Assembly: GCA_963796685.1 (NCBI GenBank)
Contig: CAWCMR010000005.1
Location: 320,001 to 384,000 of the forward strand
Source of the DNA: an uncultured delta proteobacterium
Lineage (GTDB): Bacteria; Myxococcota_A; Polyangia; Fen-1088
Direction: 5' to 3'
DNA: 64,000 bases
Shown here piece by piece: positions 10,437-22,159 of the stretch. The notes below the pieces were generated by a model, which had not been told where the DNA came from, did no database searches, and worked only from the letters and a program-made list of their open reading frames with translations. The translations under genes and the position numbers were made by a program. Position 1 is the first letter of the stretch. The number at the start of each line of letters is the position of its first letter.

Positions 10437-11264
10437 CTACTCGCGGTGTTTGGAGTGCCTACTGACCCGGTGGGTGCTGATTCCCGCAGTGCGTTCCAGC
10501 GCCAGGGGCATGGGGAAGATGGCGCGTAGTACGATACTGGATCGCGCGCTCGTGGGTGCATCGCTGATGCGCACCTTGCGCATGAGCGACACCGCACAGT
10601 CGGCGGCGGAGGGATCGAGCGTGCCCTGCGAGGCGAACCCCACCGAGCCGACCGCGCCGCCCGGCTCGACATAGGCGATGACATCCACCTCCGCATTGCC
10701 GATGGTCCCGCAGCTCGCGAGTCCCGCCGCGATGACGCCCAGGTGCCGGGCCATCTCCTCGCCGCTCCACGGGATCACGCTGCGCTCGCCGGTCGATTGG
10801 AAGGCCATCGAATATTCGAAATCGGTGCCCTGCCGGCCTTCGGGAGCCGGGAACGCGATCTGCTTGCCCTCGGCCACCAGGCAACTCTCGACGGGGAAGC
10901 TGCCAAGCCCGTTCTTGATGACCTGCACGTCGGACACCTGGCCCGTCGCCGCAACCACGAAGCGCATGACGACCTGACCGGACAGATACTTGCGCGCATC
11001 GCCGGCCCTGGAAAAGCAAGCGGACATGGCGCGCACGTGCGGCTTGATGGCGCTATCCACGGCGCGCTCGTCGAGGACGCCGATGGACATCTCCATGCCC
11101 ATGCCCTTGTCGTCGCCCGACACATCCCCTGTCGCCCACCCGGAGGTTCTGGCCCGCCTGGCGTGGCGATCCTTGCTTTGGCTCCCGCGAACCTCGGGGG
11201 AAGAGGCACATCCGAGCGCAGACGCTACGAGCAACCCTGTCAGGAGCAGAATATGCAGCCTCAT
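10437..11264 (-). CDS. AgmX/PglI C-terminal (TonB-like) domain lipoprotein
   Basis: Lipobox LGC; pattern ACF...LSGQVVMRFVVAATGQV...VESCL....FPAP.G. Confidence 0.7.
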   Translation of the reverse strand: MRLHILLLTGLLVASALGCASSPEVRGSQSKDRHARRARTSGWATGDVSGDDKGMGMEMSIGVLDERAVDSAIKPHVRAMSACFSRAGDARKYLSGQVVMRFVVAATGQVSDVQVIKNGLGSFPVESCLVAEGKQIAFPAPEGRQGTDFEYSMAFQSTGERSVIPWSGEEMARHLGVIAAGLASCGTIGNAEVDVIAYVEPGGAVGSVGFASQGTLDPSAADCAVSLMRKVRISDAPTSARSSIVLRAIFPMPLALERTAGISTHRVSRHSKHRE

Positions 11265-11538
11265 AATTCGTAAGGCATTATACATTTTCAAACTCAAAAA
11301 CAACAGGGTTGAATTCGCGCTCAGTGCAGTTTGTGCGTAGGGGCCCTCCTGGTACTTCGATTGATGTCCAAAATTACTTTAGGGCTCGTCAGAGAATAGA
11401 TGCTACGCGTTGGGCGACGAGGCGCCCGGCTGGCGAGGCGCGAGGAGGAGGAATACTCGACGTATTGCGACGACGAGCAACGAAGCCAGCCGGGATGGAT
11501 CGGCGTCCAAATCGTTGCAGATATTCTCTGACGAGCCC

Positions 11539-11970
11539 TTAGTACTGGGGTTCGAATTTGTACTCGTACTGGATGTCGCCAGCGCGGTCGAGCTTGGGGA
11601 ACTCGAACTCCTTGACGGTTTGAACCAGGCAGCTCTCCACGTCCTTGTTGTTGAGCGTGCCGCCCGTGACCTTCACGGCCCTGGCGCTGCCGTTGGTGTT
11701 CAGAGAAAGCAGAATCTTTACCGTGCCTTTGAACTCGCGGGTCTTCTTCTCGTTCAGCACGTCCTGGTAGCACCGACGCGCGGAGGCGTCGCGCTGCTGC
11801 AAGACCAGGATGATATCGGCCTGCTTGTCGGGCGGAATCCCACCCGTGTCGATCCTGATCTGTTCGTCCCCGACCACCACCGGCAGGGGCTTTTCATCGC
11901 CGCCGCTCGTGGCGCATGCGCCCAGCGCAAGACAAGTTCCCGTGGCAAATAGGATCGCGATCAGCTTCAT
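11539..11970 (-). CDS. AgmX/PglI C-terminal domain lipoprotein
   Basis: Lipobox LGAC; RRCYQ...FKGTV...VESCL...FEFPK. Confidence 0.75.
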   Translation of the reverse strand: MKLIAILFATGTCLALGACATSGGDEKPLPVVVGDEQIRIDTGGIPPDKQADIILVLQQRDASARRCYQDVLNEKKTREFKGTVKILLSLNTNGSARAVKVTGGTLNNKDVESCLVQTVKEFEFPKLDRAGDIQYEYKFEPQY

Positions 11971-12015
11971 TGCCTAGCCCTCCGCATCATTGGTTTCGGG
12001 GGAAACACTGCGGTC

Positions 12016-13146
12016 TTATTCCTTTAGCAGGGCAGATGCAATGCCCAGTCGCTGTATCTCGCTCGTGCCCTCGTAGATCTCGGTGACCTTGGCATCGCGA
12101 AAGTGGCGCTCCACCGGGTAATCGGCCAGGCAGCCGTTGCCGCCCAGGACTTGCACGGCGTCGCTGGACACGCGGCTCGCGACCTCGGAAGCGACGAGCT
12201 TGGCCATGGACGCCTGTGCTCCGAGCGAGACGCCGGCATCGCGCGAAGCGGCCGCGCGCCAGGCGAGCAAGCGGGCGGCATCGATTTGCGTGGACATGTC
12301 GGCGATCTTGAACTGGACGGTCTGGTGCTCGGCGATGGGTTTGCCTTGGGGGCGGCGATCGAGCGCGTAGCGGGTCGCCACCGCGAAAGCCGCGCGCGCG
12401 ATGCCCACGCCGAGCGCGGCGGCACCGATCCGTCCGCCCTCGCTGGCGAAGCGAAACACCTCGCGGCCGGCCCCCTCCCCGCCCAGCAAAGCGCTGGCGG
12501 GCAGTCGTGCATCCTCGATGGTCAAGGTGGCGGAGACGGCGCCGCGCAGACCCAACTTGTCGTGGCTTGGGCCGAAGGAGAGCCCGGCGCTGTCCGTGGG
12601 GACGAGGAACGCGGACAAGGCGCCGCCCGGCAACGTGCCGGCAAAAACCAGGGCCAGGTGCGCGTGGGGACCGCAGGTCACGAAGCTCTTGGTCCCGCGC
12701 AGAACCCAGGTGTCGCCCTCGCGCCGGGCCGACGTGGCAAGACCGTCGAGGTCGGTGCTGCCTCCGGGTTCGGTGAACGCGAAGCACCCCAGCTTGGTGC
12801 CACTGGCCAGACCGGGCAACCAAGCGCGCCGCTGCGCCTCCGTCCCGAAGCGCAGCACAGGCTCGCACACGAGCAGGTTTTGCAAGCCGGCAATGGCTGC
12901 GGTCGATGCACAGGCGCTGGCCAGCTCCTCGAGCGCTAGGGTGCAGGCCAGGGTGTCGAGCCCCAGCCCGCCCCACGCCTTGGGGACGGTCACGCCCAGC
13001 ATTCCGGCCTTGGCCAAGCACGCGACAGCTTGTCGTGGAAAGCGCTGCTGACGATCTATCTCGGCCGCCTGGGGAGCGATCTCCGTGGCGATTTCGCGGG
13101 CCTGGTCACGAAGGGCCTTGTGTGCATCGGTCAGGTCTAAATCCAC
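12016..13146 (-). CDS. Acyl-CoA dehydrogenase
   Basis: FAFTEP.GSTD, GTKSFVT, KLGLRG, ASMAK, QVLGGNG, IYEGTSEIQR. Confidence 0.95.
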   Translation of the reverse strand: MDLDLTDAHKALRDQAREIATEIAPQAAEIDRQQRFPRQAVACLAKAGMLGVTVPKAWGGLGLDTLACTLALEELASACASTAAIAGLQNLLVCEPVLRFGTEAQRRAWLPGLASGTKLGCFAFTEPGGSTDLDGLATSARREGDTWVLRGTKSFVTCGPHAHLALVFAGTLPGGALSAFLVPTDSAGLSFGPSHDKLGLRGAVSATLTIEDARLPASALLGGEGAGREVFRFASEGGRIGAAALGVGIARAAFAVATRYALDRRPQGKPIAEHQTVQFKIADMSTQIDAARLLAWRAAASRDAGVSLGAQASMAKLVASEVASRVSSDAVQVLGGNGCLADYPVERHFRDAKVTEIYEGTSEIQRLGIASALLKE

Positions 13147-13255
13147 GGCCCTTCTTTACCATCGCCGGCGTGAATTTCCGCGCGCTAACGCCATCATTAT
13201 TGCTTATCCTGGAATCCTCTTCGTCGAATCCTCTTCGTCGTAGCGCTTCACGCCC

Positions 13256-14050
13256 ATGCCTCCATCCATCAGCGGCCACACCCACTCGTTCTTCGCCACC
13301 GCCTTCGTGGAGAACCTTCCGCTCAAGGAGCTGGCGGTTGCCTATCCCGAGGCCAAACGTTCGCCCCGCGATCTGTGGTTCCAGCCGCCATCGGGCGGCA
13401 CCGTGTTCATCTATCCCTTCGGCGCGGTGGTCTTCCACGACGTCCTGCCCGAGGTGCGCGTGTCGGAGTTGCAACGGCTGGGGCGCTTTCACCCCGGGTT
13501 GACCAAGGCCCAGGTGCTCAACGAGGAGCTCAGCGTGCGCGAAACACCCGACGCGCGTCCCGACATCGAAAGCGGCGTGCTCGTGGTCGACAGGCTCACG
13601 TTCGAGCGCGCCAGCGTGGTGGCCTTGACTGTCGCGCAGAGCGCGGCCATGGATTACTACGAGGGCATCGTGGACCAGATGTTCGTCACCACCGACAAGC
13701 TGGGCGCCCAGTTGGAGAAGGCCGGCACCATGCCCATGCGCACGCGCCACCTGGCCAAATTCATCGGCGCCGCAGTGGGCACGCGCAGCGAGGTACTCTC
13801 CATTCTGCACCTGCTCGACAAGCCCGACGCGGCTTGGGACGATCCCGGCGCGGATCGCATCTACGAAAAGCTGCGCGCGGAGTTCGATCTGGTCGATCGC
13901 TACCAGTCGCTGGAGCTCAAGCTGCGCGCCGTGCAGGACACCTTGGAGGTCATCACCGATGTGGCGCGCGACCGTCGCCTCTTCGTCCTGGAAGCGACCG
14001 TGGTGCTGCTGATCCTCCTCGAAATCGTGCTCAGCCTGATCCGGCACTAG
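13256..14050 (+). CDS. RMD1/DUF155 family protein
   Basis: FIYPFGAVVF, AQSAAMDYYE, LLDKPD..WD, EFDLVDRY, C-terminal TM helix. Confidence 0.85.
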   Translation: MPPSISGHTHSFFATAFVENLPLKELAVAYPEAKRSPRDLWFQPPSGGTVFIYPFGAVVFHDVLPEVRVSELQRLGRFHPGLTKAQVLNEELSVRETPDARPDIESGVLVVDRLTFERASVVALTVAQSAAMDYYEGIVDQMFVTTDKLGAQLEKAGTMPMRTRHLAKFIGAAVGTRSEVLSILHLLDKPDAAWDDPGADRIYEKLRAEFDLVDRYQSLELKLRAVQDTLEVITDVARDRRLFVLEATVVLLILLEIVLSLIRH

Positions 14051-15457
14051 CGGCCGTCGTGAAGCGGAAGCGGGCGCCGCCTTCGGGGCCGCGGTCGACT
14101 TCGACGCTGCCGCGATGGTCGCGGGCGATTTCGGCGACGAAGGCCAGGCCAAGCCCGGTGCCGCGTTCGCGGGTGGTGAAGAACGGGGTGAAGATCTTGT
14201 CGCGAAGGTCGTCGGCTACGCCGGGGCCGCTGTCGCGCACCTCCCATTCGATGCGCTGGCGCGATGGTGGCGGGCGGCGGGCGGCCAGAACGACCCGCCC
14301 TGAAGGGCCGGCTGCGGCCACCGCGTTCTTGGCGAGGTTGAGCAAGGCGCGACGCAACTGCGCCCGATCCGCGCTCGCCACGAGACCAGGCTCGCAAGCC
14401 ACGGAAAGAGTGGGACCATCCGCCCGCGGGCGCACGATCTCGGCGATTTCGTCGAGCAACGCCGCCACGGGGAACGCCTCGATGGAAAGCGGCGGACGGC
14501 GGGCGAAGTCGAGGAAATCGGTCACCACGTTCTTGAGGTAGCCGATCTCGCGCTCGATCCGCGCAATCTCGCCAAGACGCTCGGGTTCGCCGTCCAGGCC
14601 TTCGCGCAGAAGGCCCGCGTAGAGCTTCGAGCCCGCCCAGGGGATTGCGTACCTCGTGCGCGATCCCTGCCAGCATCATCTGCATGCGCTCGTCGCGCGC
14701 GCGCAGAGCGCCGCGCATCTGGTCGAGGCGCGTTGCCAGGTACCCGATCTCGTCCCGCGTTTCGACCACCACCGGGCCCGCGAGATCGCCCTGCCCGATG
14801 CGCTCGGCGGCCGAGGCCAGGCGTTCGAGCGGCCCGGTCATGCGCCGGGACAGCCAGGCCGCCAACACGACGATGGTGGCCAGACTGACGACGCCGCCCG
14901 CCACCAGCCAGCGCCGAAAGAGCGCCAGGGCGTCCAGGTACTGCGCGCTCGCCTCCACCATGGCGTAACCGGTCGTGCCGACGCGGGCGTAGCCGCGCTT
15001 GTAGGGCAAGCCATCGCGGCCGATGAAGAGCGGCGAAGCGGTGGCCTGGCCCGCAGCCGCCTGCGCGATCTCGGGGGCATCCGCCCCGAGCTTCGCGCAC
15101 CCTGGCCCCGAGGGGAAGCGCGCCCTCGCTGTCGGCCCGCGCGGTGAGATCGCGCGCCACCAGCAAGACCCTGCGCACGGCCAGCCGCTCGCGCGCCTGC
15201 TCGACCCGGTGGCGAAGATTGGCGTAGGTGTTCGACTGTTCGTCGCCGGCGGCGATGGCGGAGAGTTGCTCGGGCAGGACCAGCATGGACACCGACGTCG
15301 CGGCCGTGGCCAACCTGCGCCCGAGCTCCTGCTCGAGCACCCGGCGCGCCACCTCGTGAGCCGCGGCCCCGAACAGCACCAGGGCCAGGGCGGCCGGCAC
15401 GAGCATGGCCACCAGCAACTTGGCAAGAAGCCTTCCGCGCGGAGGCCGAACCGACAT
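14031..15457 (-). CDS. HAMP sensor histidine kinase, split by two +1 frameshifts (~15092, ~14626), probably sequencing errors
   Basis: TM/sensor, HAMP+H-box (RDEIG, AHEVRNPL) and HATPase (NLAKNA, DSGPG, GTGLGL) lie in three successive frames; removing one base at each junction restores one ORF. Confidence 0.82.
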
Positions 15458-15598
15458 CTGTCTAGTGTAGTCGGAATCCACCATGTCAGCGCATGCCTTG
15501 GCCCTGCTGGTGCGTGCGCCGACGCCGTCGACGCACTGTAGTCACAAAGCCATTGTCAGACTCGACGTTCAGGGACATCCTTGTGGGCGGACGCGGGC

Positions 15599-16675
15599 AT
15601 GGGCAAGAACGGAAAGACCCCGGGTGTGGAAACGATTCTGCGACCTGGGCAGATCCTGGATCACAAGTACCGCGTGGAAAGACTGATCGGGCTTGGCGGC
15701 ATGGCCGCGGTGTGGGCCGGGGTGAACAAGCGCACGGGAAAGCACGTGGCGCTGAAGATGATCCTGCAGTCCCTGGCCGACAGCGAGGAGGTGCGCGAGC
15801 GCTTCAGGCGGGAGGCCCTGGCCGCGGGGCGCATCAACCATCCCAATGTGGTCACCGTGTTCGACGTGTTCGAGCACGAAGGCCGCGACTGCATCGTCAT
15901 GGAGCTGCTGCTCGGAGAGCCCCTTTCGGATCGCCTGGCGCGCCAGGGGCTGATGGAGCCGGACGAGGCCTTCGCCCTGCTCCTGCCCGCGCTGCGCGGG
16001 GTCGCCGCGGCCCACGCCCACCACGTCGTTCACCGCGACCTGAAGCCGCACAACATCTTTCTGTGCACCTCGCCCGACGGCGAATACGTCACCACCAAGG
16101 TCCTCGACTTCGGCATCTCGAAGGTCATGCAGCCGGGCGGGGAGTCCAGCGACTTGACCCTGGCGGGCAAATCCATGGGCACCCCCGCGTACATGGCACC
16201 GGAGCTCGTGCGTGGCAGCCGAGCCCTCGACCGCCGGACCGACGTGTACGGTTTCGGGTCTGTGCTGTACGAGGCGCTGTCGGGCCACCGGCCATTTCAG
16301 GGATTCGAAGGCTTGCCGCTCCTCGACTGCATCCTCAAGGAGCCCCCCCGTCCCATCGCCTCGTTCCGCCCCGACCTTTCGCCCGAGGTCATCGCCGTTG
16401 TCGAGCGGGCCATGGCCAAGGACCCCGCGAACCGCTACCGCAGCGTCGAGTCCTTGATCGGCGCCATCGAATCCCTGCTGCCCGCCACCACCGTGCCCCG
16501 CGCCCTCACCCCGGTGGTGGGGGTGCCCGTCATTCCCGCGGCCGACATGCTTCGCCGCGCGGGCGAAGCCGCCCAACCAGGATCGTCGCGCACGCCTTGG
16601 ATCGTGGCGGGCGTGGCCCTTTCCACCTCGGCCGCGCTGGCCCTGTGGGCCGGATGGACGCTCTTGCGGCGGTAA
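15599..16675 (+). CDS. Hanks-type Ser/Thr protein kinase with C-terminal TM helix
   Basis: GLGGMAAV, VALK, HRDLKPHN, DFG, GTPAYMAPE. Confidence 0.93.
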   Translation: MGKNGKTPGVETILRPGQILDHKYRVERLIGLGGMAAVWAGVNKRTGKHVALKMILQSLADSEEVRERFRREALAAGRINHPNVVTVFDVFEHEGRDCIVMELLLGEPLSDRLARQGLMEPDEAFALLLPALRGVAAAHAHHVVHRDLKPHNIFLCTSPDGEYVTTKVLDFGISKVMQPGGESSDLTLAGKSMGTPAYMAPELVRGSRALDRRTDVYGFGSVLYEALSGHRPFQGFEGLPLLDCILKEPPRPIASFRPDLSPEVIAVVERAMAKDPANRYRSVESLIGAIESLLPATTVPRALTPVVGVPVIPAADMLRRAGEAAQPGSSRTPWIVAGVALSTSAALALWAGWTLLRR

Positions 16676-16744
16676 GAAGCCGGCAGGAACCGAACGCGAA
16701 AGTACCCTCGCACGCGGATCGGCGCTAACCTCGCGAGCCTCGCC

Positions 16745-18379
16745 ATGCGTGACCGCTGGGTGCCTCCCATCCCGATCCTCCTGCTCGCCTTGCTGGTGCC
16801 CCTGGCGGCCATGATCCCGACCTGGCAAGGCTTTCTGTTCGAAGAGCCTCCGAGTCGGATCTTCCTGGGCTTCCGCTACATGCCGAGCGACCACCTCACG
16901 TATGCGGCGTTCATGCGCCAGGCCCTGGACGGCGGCGGGCTGCTGATGCGCAATCCCTTCGCCAGCGAGCCCCAGTCGGGCGTATTCCTACTGCCGGTGT
17001 TCTGGGTCGCGGGCAAGCTGGCCCGGCTGATGGGTGGCAGCCTCGTACTGTGGTGGGAGATCTTCCGTTTCGTCGGAGGAGCGCTCTACATCTTGGCCTT
17101 CTGGCACTTGAGCGGGCTCTACTTTCGCACGCAGAGACAGCGAACGCTGGCCACGACCGTGTTCTGCCTGGGCGGCGGGCTCGACTGGATCGTTCTCGCG
17201 CTGCACGCCGCGGGTGTGCCATGGTTCGATCGGCTGCTCTACCCCGGTCATTTCCAGTGGAACTGGTCCACCTTCGGCTCCATGCAGATGCCCAACTGGA
17301 TCCTGGCGGCGATGCTGCTGACCGTGGCGGCAAAAGAGGCTTGCGGCTCGGGGCGTCGGCGCGATCTCGCATTGTTCGTCCTTCTGCCGTTGCTCTGGCT
17401 CGTCCATCCCTATTCCGCCATGGTGGGCTACTTGGCGTTCGCGCTGCTGCCGCTCGTCCCCGTGATCGTCGCGGCCGGCGGGCTTGCGCCTTTGCCATGG
17501 GCGCGCTTCCGCAGCCACCTGCGCGTGGCCCTTCCCGCGTTGCTCTCTTTCGCTCTGATCGCGCCTTACCTTCTGTGGGCACGCTCGGATTGGGTGTTCC
17601 GCGTGTCCAGCGACCGGGCCGCCGCGTGGAACGAGACCTTCTCGCCCTGGTGGTACGTCCAGGCTTACGGGCTGATCCTGCCGCTGGCCTGGTTCGGGCT
17701 GCGGGCGCTTCTCCGGGAGCCATCGCTGCACGCCGACGTGTTGCTCGCGTGGCTGGCGGCGGCGGTCATCCTGTCCATCAATCCCCTGTCCGCGGGCGTC
17801 AAGTTCCAGTATTTGGTCTTTCCCCCGCTGGCGCTGCTAGCGGCGCGTGGTCTCTTGGAGCTGCACGCGGGACTGGCCTGGGCTCGCAAGCTGGCGGGCT
17901 CGCGTGCGGCCATGATGGCTCTTGCCGGGGCGCTCTCCCTCAACGCTCTCCTGATCCCAATCAAGGATTTCGCCAAGACGCCCCGTGATGCGAGCATCTT
18001 CACGACCACCGAGGAGCTGGCGGCCATGAGGTGGCTCGACCGTCAGCCCGACGGGATCGTCCTCAGTCTTCAGCACGCCGGCAATCGCATTCCGTGGCTC
18101 GCCGGCAAGGTGGTCTACGTCGGCCACTGGTTCCTGACCCCGGACCTCGATGCGAAGCTGATGAAAGCCAGGATGTTCTTCTCGCCCGGGGTGCCGCAGT
18201 CAACCCGAACCGCTATCCTGCGGGAATCGCGTGCGCGCTACGTTTACGTCGGTCCCGACGAAGCGCCCGAGGGATTCGACCCGTCGGGGTTGCCTCTGAC
18301 CAAAATTTACCAAGCTGGCCAGCACGCCATCTACGAGGTGCGCGCGCCGGACGGACCGAGCGACCGGCCGGAGAAATAG
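16745..18379 (+). CDS. Polytopic membrane protein, possibly GT-C-fold glycosyltransferase-like
   Basis: Many hydrophobic helices, acidic first loop (SDHLTY), soluble C-terminal domain; family is an inference. Confidence 0.6.
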   Translation: MRDRWVPPIPILLLALLVPLAAMIPTWQGFLFEEPPSRIFLGFRYMPSDHLTYAAFMRQALDGGGLLMRNPFASEPQSGVFLLPVFWVAGKLARLMGGSLVLWWEIFRFVGGALYILAFWHLSGLYFRTQRQRTLATTVFCLGGGLDWIVLALHAAGVPWFDRLLYPGHFQWNWSTFGSMQMPNWILAAMLLTVAAKEACGSGRRRDLALFVLLPLLWLVHPYSAMVGYLAFALLPLVPVIVAAGGLAPLPWARFRSHLRVALPALLSFALIAPYLLWARSDWVFRVSSDRAAAWNETFSPWWYVQAYGLILPLAWFGLRALLREPSLHADVLLAWLAAAVILSINPLSAGVKFQYLVFPPLALLAARGLLELHAGLAWARKLAGSRAAMMALAGALSLNALLIPIKDFAKTPRDASIFTTTEELAAMRWLDRQPDGIVLSLQHAGNRIPWLAGKVVYVGHWFLTPDLDAKLMKARMFFSPGVPQSTRTAILRESRARYVYVGPDEAPEGFDPSGLPLTKIYQAGQHAIYEVRAPDGPSDRPEK

Positions 18380-18511
18380 ACGCATCCTATTCTCTCGCCT
18401 GCGCCGAAGGGCTTTGTGCCCTCAATCAAGGGGCCTTCAGCCAGCCTGACTGAACTGCACGGAACCGGACGTTCCTGGACGGGTGTCATCATCCCTGCTA
18501 TCATGACACCC

Positions 18512-18721
18512 ATGACGAAGACGCAGGTCTATTTGCAGAAGGAGGATCTCGAGACCCTGCACGAGATCGCGAAACGGACCAGCCGGCCCGTGGCGGCATT
18601 GATCCGTGAGGCAATTCGCCAGGTCTGGCTTCGCTCTCCGACGAAGGGTCCCGTCGCTCTGTGGGACGGACAGCCCCGCACCACCTCAGCCAATCACGAT
18701 TCCATCTACGACCAGCCATGA
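18512..18721 (+). CDS. CopG/RHH antitoxin
   Basis: MTKTQVYL...AALIREAI; ATGA overlap with the downstream PIN gene. Confidence 0.8.
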   Translation: MTKTQVYLQKEDLETLHEIAKRTSRPVAALIREAIRQVWLRSPTKGPVALWDGQPRTTSANHDSIYDQP

Positions 18722-19137
18722 CGCACAGACATGACCTGGTCTTCGTGGACACGGGGGCCTGGATCGCTCTGGCGCTGACCCGCGATCCCTTGCACGAACG
18801 AGCCAGGGCCGCTTGGGAACAATTGCTCGACAAGGGGGCTCGTCTCGCGACCTCGGTTCCGGTTGTAATCGAGACCTTCACCTTTCTCGATCGCAACGCG
18901 ACCAGAGACGTTGCTCTCACCTGGAAGAGCTCGTTGGCCCACTTGGCGCGATTTCGTCTGCTCGAGTGCGGAATCCGCGATCTCGAACGCGCTTGGGTCC
19001 ACTTCGCGAAACCAGAGCTCCACAAGCTTTCCGCTGTAGATGCAACAAGCTTCGTGATCATGGAGCGCGAGAAGATCCGACTGGCGTTTGCCTTCGATCA
19101 CCATTTCGCTTCGGCCGGTTTTCGTCTCGTGGGCTAG
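18718..19137 (+). CDS. vapC: VapC-family PIN toxin
   Basis: VFVDTGAWIAL, ET, LSAVDATSF, FAFDHHF. Confidence 0.88.
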   Translation: MTHRHDLVFVDTGAWIALALTRDPLHERARAAWEQLLDKGARLATSVPVVIETFTFLDRNATRDVALTWKSSLAHLARFRLLECGIRDLERAWVHFAKPELHKLSAVDATSFVIMEREKIRLAFAFDHHFASAGFRLVG

Positions 19138-19162
19138 GCAATGGGGCCGGGCTGCCCGGAAG

Positions 19163-19726
19163 TCAGCGCACCAGACCGACGCGAACAAACCGGGCCACGA
19201 GCAGCGCGATCCACGCGCAGCCGAGCAGACTGACGGAGAGGCCGATGAAGGCGCGGCGTCGTCCCCAAGGCGTGAGGTCCGCGCGTCCGAGCGCGCGCAC
19301 GGCCAGGAACAGCGAATAGGGATGGACCAGTCCCAGGAGCCACAGGCTGACCAGCGCGACCCGCATGGAACGATAGGCTGCGCGGTCGCCTGGACTGATG
19401 GAGCCGTCGTCGCCGTGGTTCGGCCCCACGGGGTGCACCAAACCGGGCTCGGACAGATTCTCGGCGTTGGCGGCCAGGCCGGCTTCGTCGGTCAGGCCGG
19501 GATGCTCGAGAATCTGCCTGGCGCGTTCCAGGTCGACCCGGTGCACCTGCACGCGAATGCCGCCGATGGCGCGGTTGAGATGCCAGGTCTGCGCCGCCAT
19601 GATTTCGTCGGGAATGAAGCTCTCGATCCCGTCCGCCTCCAGGCGCCCGCACAGAAGCTGCGCCGCCGGCAGCTCGCCGCAGTGGGTGAGGGTTACGATT
19701 TCTTCTGGATCGTCGGGGCCGGACAC
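19163..19726 (-). CDS. DUF2007-type signal-transducing domain membrane protein
   Basis: AQLLCGRLEADGIESF...GGIRVQV...DLERARQIL plus C-terminal TM helices; start uncertain. Confidence 0.7.
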   Translation of the reverse strand: MSGPDDPEEIVTLTHCGELPAAQLLCGRLEADGIESFIPDEIMAAQTWHLNRAIGGIRVQVHRVDLERARQILEHPGLTDEAGLAANAENLSEPGLVHPVGPNHGDDGSISPGDRAAYRSMRVALVSLWLLGLVHPYSLFLAVRALGRADLTPWGRRRAFIGLSVSLLGCAWIALLVARFVRVGLVR

Positions 19727-19772
19727 AGGTGGACAGTAGCACGCGCACGCGATGGATGGGGAGCTGCGCTCC

Positions 19773-20174
19773 CTAGCGCAACCAACCTCTTGCTTGCAGC
19801 AATGCGCGCACGCGCTCGGCGATCTCGGCGCGGATCTCGCGCACGCGCTCGATGGGCTTGCCCTTGGGGTCTTCGAGCGGCCAATCGTCCCGTTCGACTC
19901 CCGGTACGACAGGACACGCCTCGCCACACCCCATGGTCACGAGCAGGGACGCCGTGACGGCGAGCTCGCGGGTGAGCTTCTGCGGCATTACGCCCGAGAG
20001 ATCGACGCCGAGCTCGCGCATGGCCTGCACGACCTCGGGATGGACCCGGTCTCCCGGCTCGGTCCCGGCGGAGAAAGCGCGCGCCTGTGCCGGGTGCGCG
20101 AGGAGATTGAACAAGGCCGCCGCCATCTGCGAGCGACCGGCGTTGTGGACGCAAGCGAACAGGACCGTTTTCAT
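19773..20174 (-). CDS. arsC: Arsenate reductase (LMW-PTPase type)
   Basis: [35 protein letters not shown]. Confidence 0.93.
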   Translation of the reverse strand: MKTVLFACVHNAGRSQMAAALFNLLAHPAQARAFSAGTEPGDRVHPEVVQAMRELGVDLSGVMPQKLTRELAVTASLLVTMGCGEACPVVPGVERDDWPLEDPKGKPIERVREIRAEIAERVRALLQARGWLR

Positions 20175-21250
20175 GACTCTTCTCCAAGCGTTGCCGCCAG
20201 CGTGGCGGGTGTGACATACCAGCGTCGGCGCAGCCAGAACGCCACGTGAACCAGGCCAATCAAGGCCGGCACCTCGACCAGCGGTCCGATGACCGCCGCG
20301 AAGGCCGCGCCGTGGCCGATGCCGAAGGTGGCCACGGCGACGGCGATGGCGAGCTCGAAATTGTTCGACGCCGCGGTGAACGACAGGGTGGCCGACTGCG
20401 GGTAGTCGGCGCCGGCCTTCTTGCTCATGAAGAACGAGACCAAGAACATCACCACGAAATAGATGAGCAACGGGATGGCGATGCGCACGACATCCAGGGG
20501 CACCTCGACGATGCGCTGGCCCTTGAGCGAGAACATCACCACGATGGTGAAGAGCAGCGCCACCAGGGTCACGGGGCCGATGCGCGGGAGGAACGAAGTT
20601 TCGTACCACGCGCGCCCCCTCGACCGCACCAGCAGGAATCGCGTCGCCATGCCGGCCAGAAACGGGATGCCGAGGTACACGAACACGCTTTGCGCGATGG
20701 CACCGACGCCGACATGGATCTCGGCACCCCGGATGCCAAACCACGTCGGCACCAAGGTCACGAACAGGTAGGCGTAGACCGAGTAGAACAGCACCTGGAA
20801 GATGGAATTGAAGGCCACCAGGCCGGCGCAGTATTCGGCGTCGCCCTGGGCCAGATCGTTCCATACGATGACCATGGCGATGCAACGGGCGAGACCAATC
20901 ATGATGAGGCCCACCATGTACTCGGGCTTGTCATGCAAGAACAGCAGCGCCAACGCGGTCATCAGCACCGGCCCCACGACCCAGTTTTGCAGCAAGGACA
21001 GGCCCAGCACGCGCCGGTTGCGGAAGACCTTGCCCAGCTCTTCGTAGCGAACCTTGGCCAGCGGCGGGTACATCATGAGAATCAGCCCGACGGCGATGGG
21101 CAACGACGTCGTGCCCGAGGTGCTGGCGCGATTCAAGCGCTCGACGGCGTGCGGAAACAGGAAGCCGACGCCCACCCCGAACCCCATGGCCAGGAAGATC
21201 CACAGGGTCAGGTAGCGATCGATGACGGAAAGACGCTTGCCTTCGCTCAC
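20171..21250 (-). CDS. acr3: ACR3 arsenite efflux permease
   Basis: [45 protein letters not shown]. Confidence 0.95.
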   Translation of the reverse strand: MSEGKRLSVIDRYLTLWIFLAMGFGVGVGFLFPHAVERLNRASTSGTTSLPIAVGLILMMYPPLAKVRYEELGKVFRNRRVLGLSLLQNWVVGPVLMTALALLFLHDKPEYMVGLIMIGLARCIAMVIVWNDLAQGDAEYCAGLVAFNSIFQVLFYSVYAYLFVTLVPTWFGIRGAEIHVGVGAIAQSVFVYLGIPFLAGMATRFLLVRSRGRAWYETSFLPRIGPVTLVALLFTIVVMFSLKGQRIVEVPLDVVRIAIPLLIYFVVMFLVSFFMSKKAGADYPQSATLSFTAASNNFELAIAVAVATFGIGHGAAFAAVIGPLVEVPALIGLVHVAFWLRRRWYVTPATLAATLGEES

Positions 21251-22146
21251 GGTTTTCTCGCCCGGATGAAGGCGCTCATGACCGCGCCGTCCAGCGCGGC
21301 GAGCGTGGGCGTCAGGTCGCCGCCACAGCACGAGGACGCCATCTCGGCTGCGTCGTCCTTGCTGTAGATGCGGGTGGCCTCGACGGTGACGTCGCCGAAG
21401 CCGGCGGCACGCAGCTTGCCGACGTAGTCGGACTCCACCAGCGCGCCGGCCACGCACCCGGTCCACAGATTGAGCGAGGTGCGAACGTCCTCGGGCAGCT
21501 CGCGGCGAAGCACGATGTCGGACACGGCGAAGCGACCTCCCGGCTTGAGCACGCGGAAGGCCTCGCGCAGGACCCTGTCCTTGTCACCCGAGAGGTTGAT
21601 CACGCAGTTCGAGATGATCACGTCCACCGCGCCGTCCGGCAGCGGGATGTCCTCGATGGTTCCCTTCAGGAACTCGACGTTGGTTGCGCCGGCCTTGGCC
21701 TTGTTGCTCTCCGCGAGGGCGAGCATCTCGTCGGTCATGTCGAGACCATAGGCCTTGCCGGTCGGGCCGACCCGCTTGGCGGAGAGGAGCACATCGATGC
21801 CGCCCCCTGAGCCGAGGTCGAGGACGATCTCGCCCGGCCGCAGCTCGGCCAGGGCCGTCGGGTTGCCGCAGCCGAACGACGCCAAAAGCGCTTCCTCGGG
21901 AAGTCCCGAGGTCTGGTCCGATGCGTAGAGGTCGCGCGTGATGGGATCCGTCCCGCCCATGCCGGTGGCCGAACCGCAACAGGAAGCCTTGGCACCTGTC
22001 ACCACCGCCTTCACGGCCTGACCGTAGCGTTGCTTGACGACCTCGCGAATATCCTGCACAGGCACGGCTTCGTCGTCCGAGCAGCAATCGGAGGAACAGC
22101 AGGTCGATTCCCGCTGGGGAGTTTCAAGGATCTGGAGCTTGGACAT
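21247..22146 (-). CDS. arsM: Arsenite S-adenosylmethionine methyltransferase
   Basis: [41 protein letters not shown]. Confidence 0.95.
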   Translation of the reverse strand: MSKLQILETPQRESTCCSSDCCSDDEAVPVQDIREVVKQRYGQAVKAVVTGAKASCCGSATGMGGTDPITRDLYASDQTSGLPEEALLASFGCGNPTALAELRPGEIVLDLGSGGGIDVLLSAKRVGPTGKAYGLDMTDEMLALAESNKAKAGATNVEFLKGTIEDIPLPDGAVDVIISNCVINLSGDKDRVLREAFRVLKPGGRFAVSDIVLRRELPEDVRTSLNLWTGCVAGALVESDYVGKLRAAGFGDVTVEATRIYSKDDAAEMASSCCGGDLTPTLAALDGAVMSAFIRARKP

Positions 22147-22159
22147 CGCGATCTCCTTC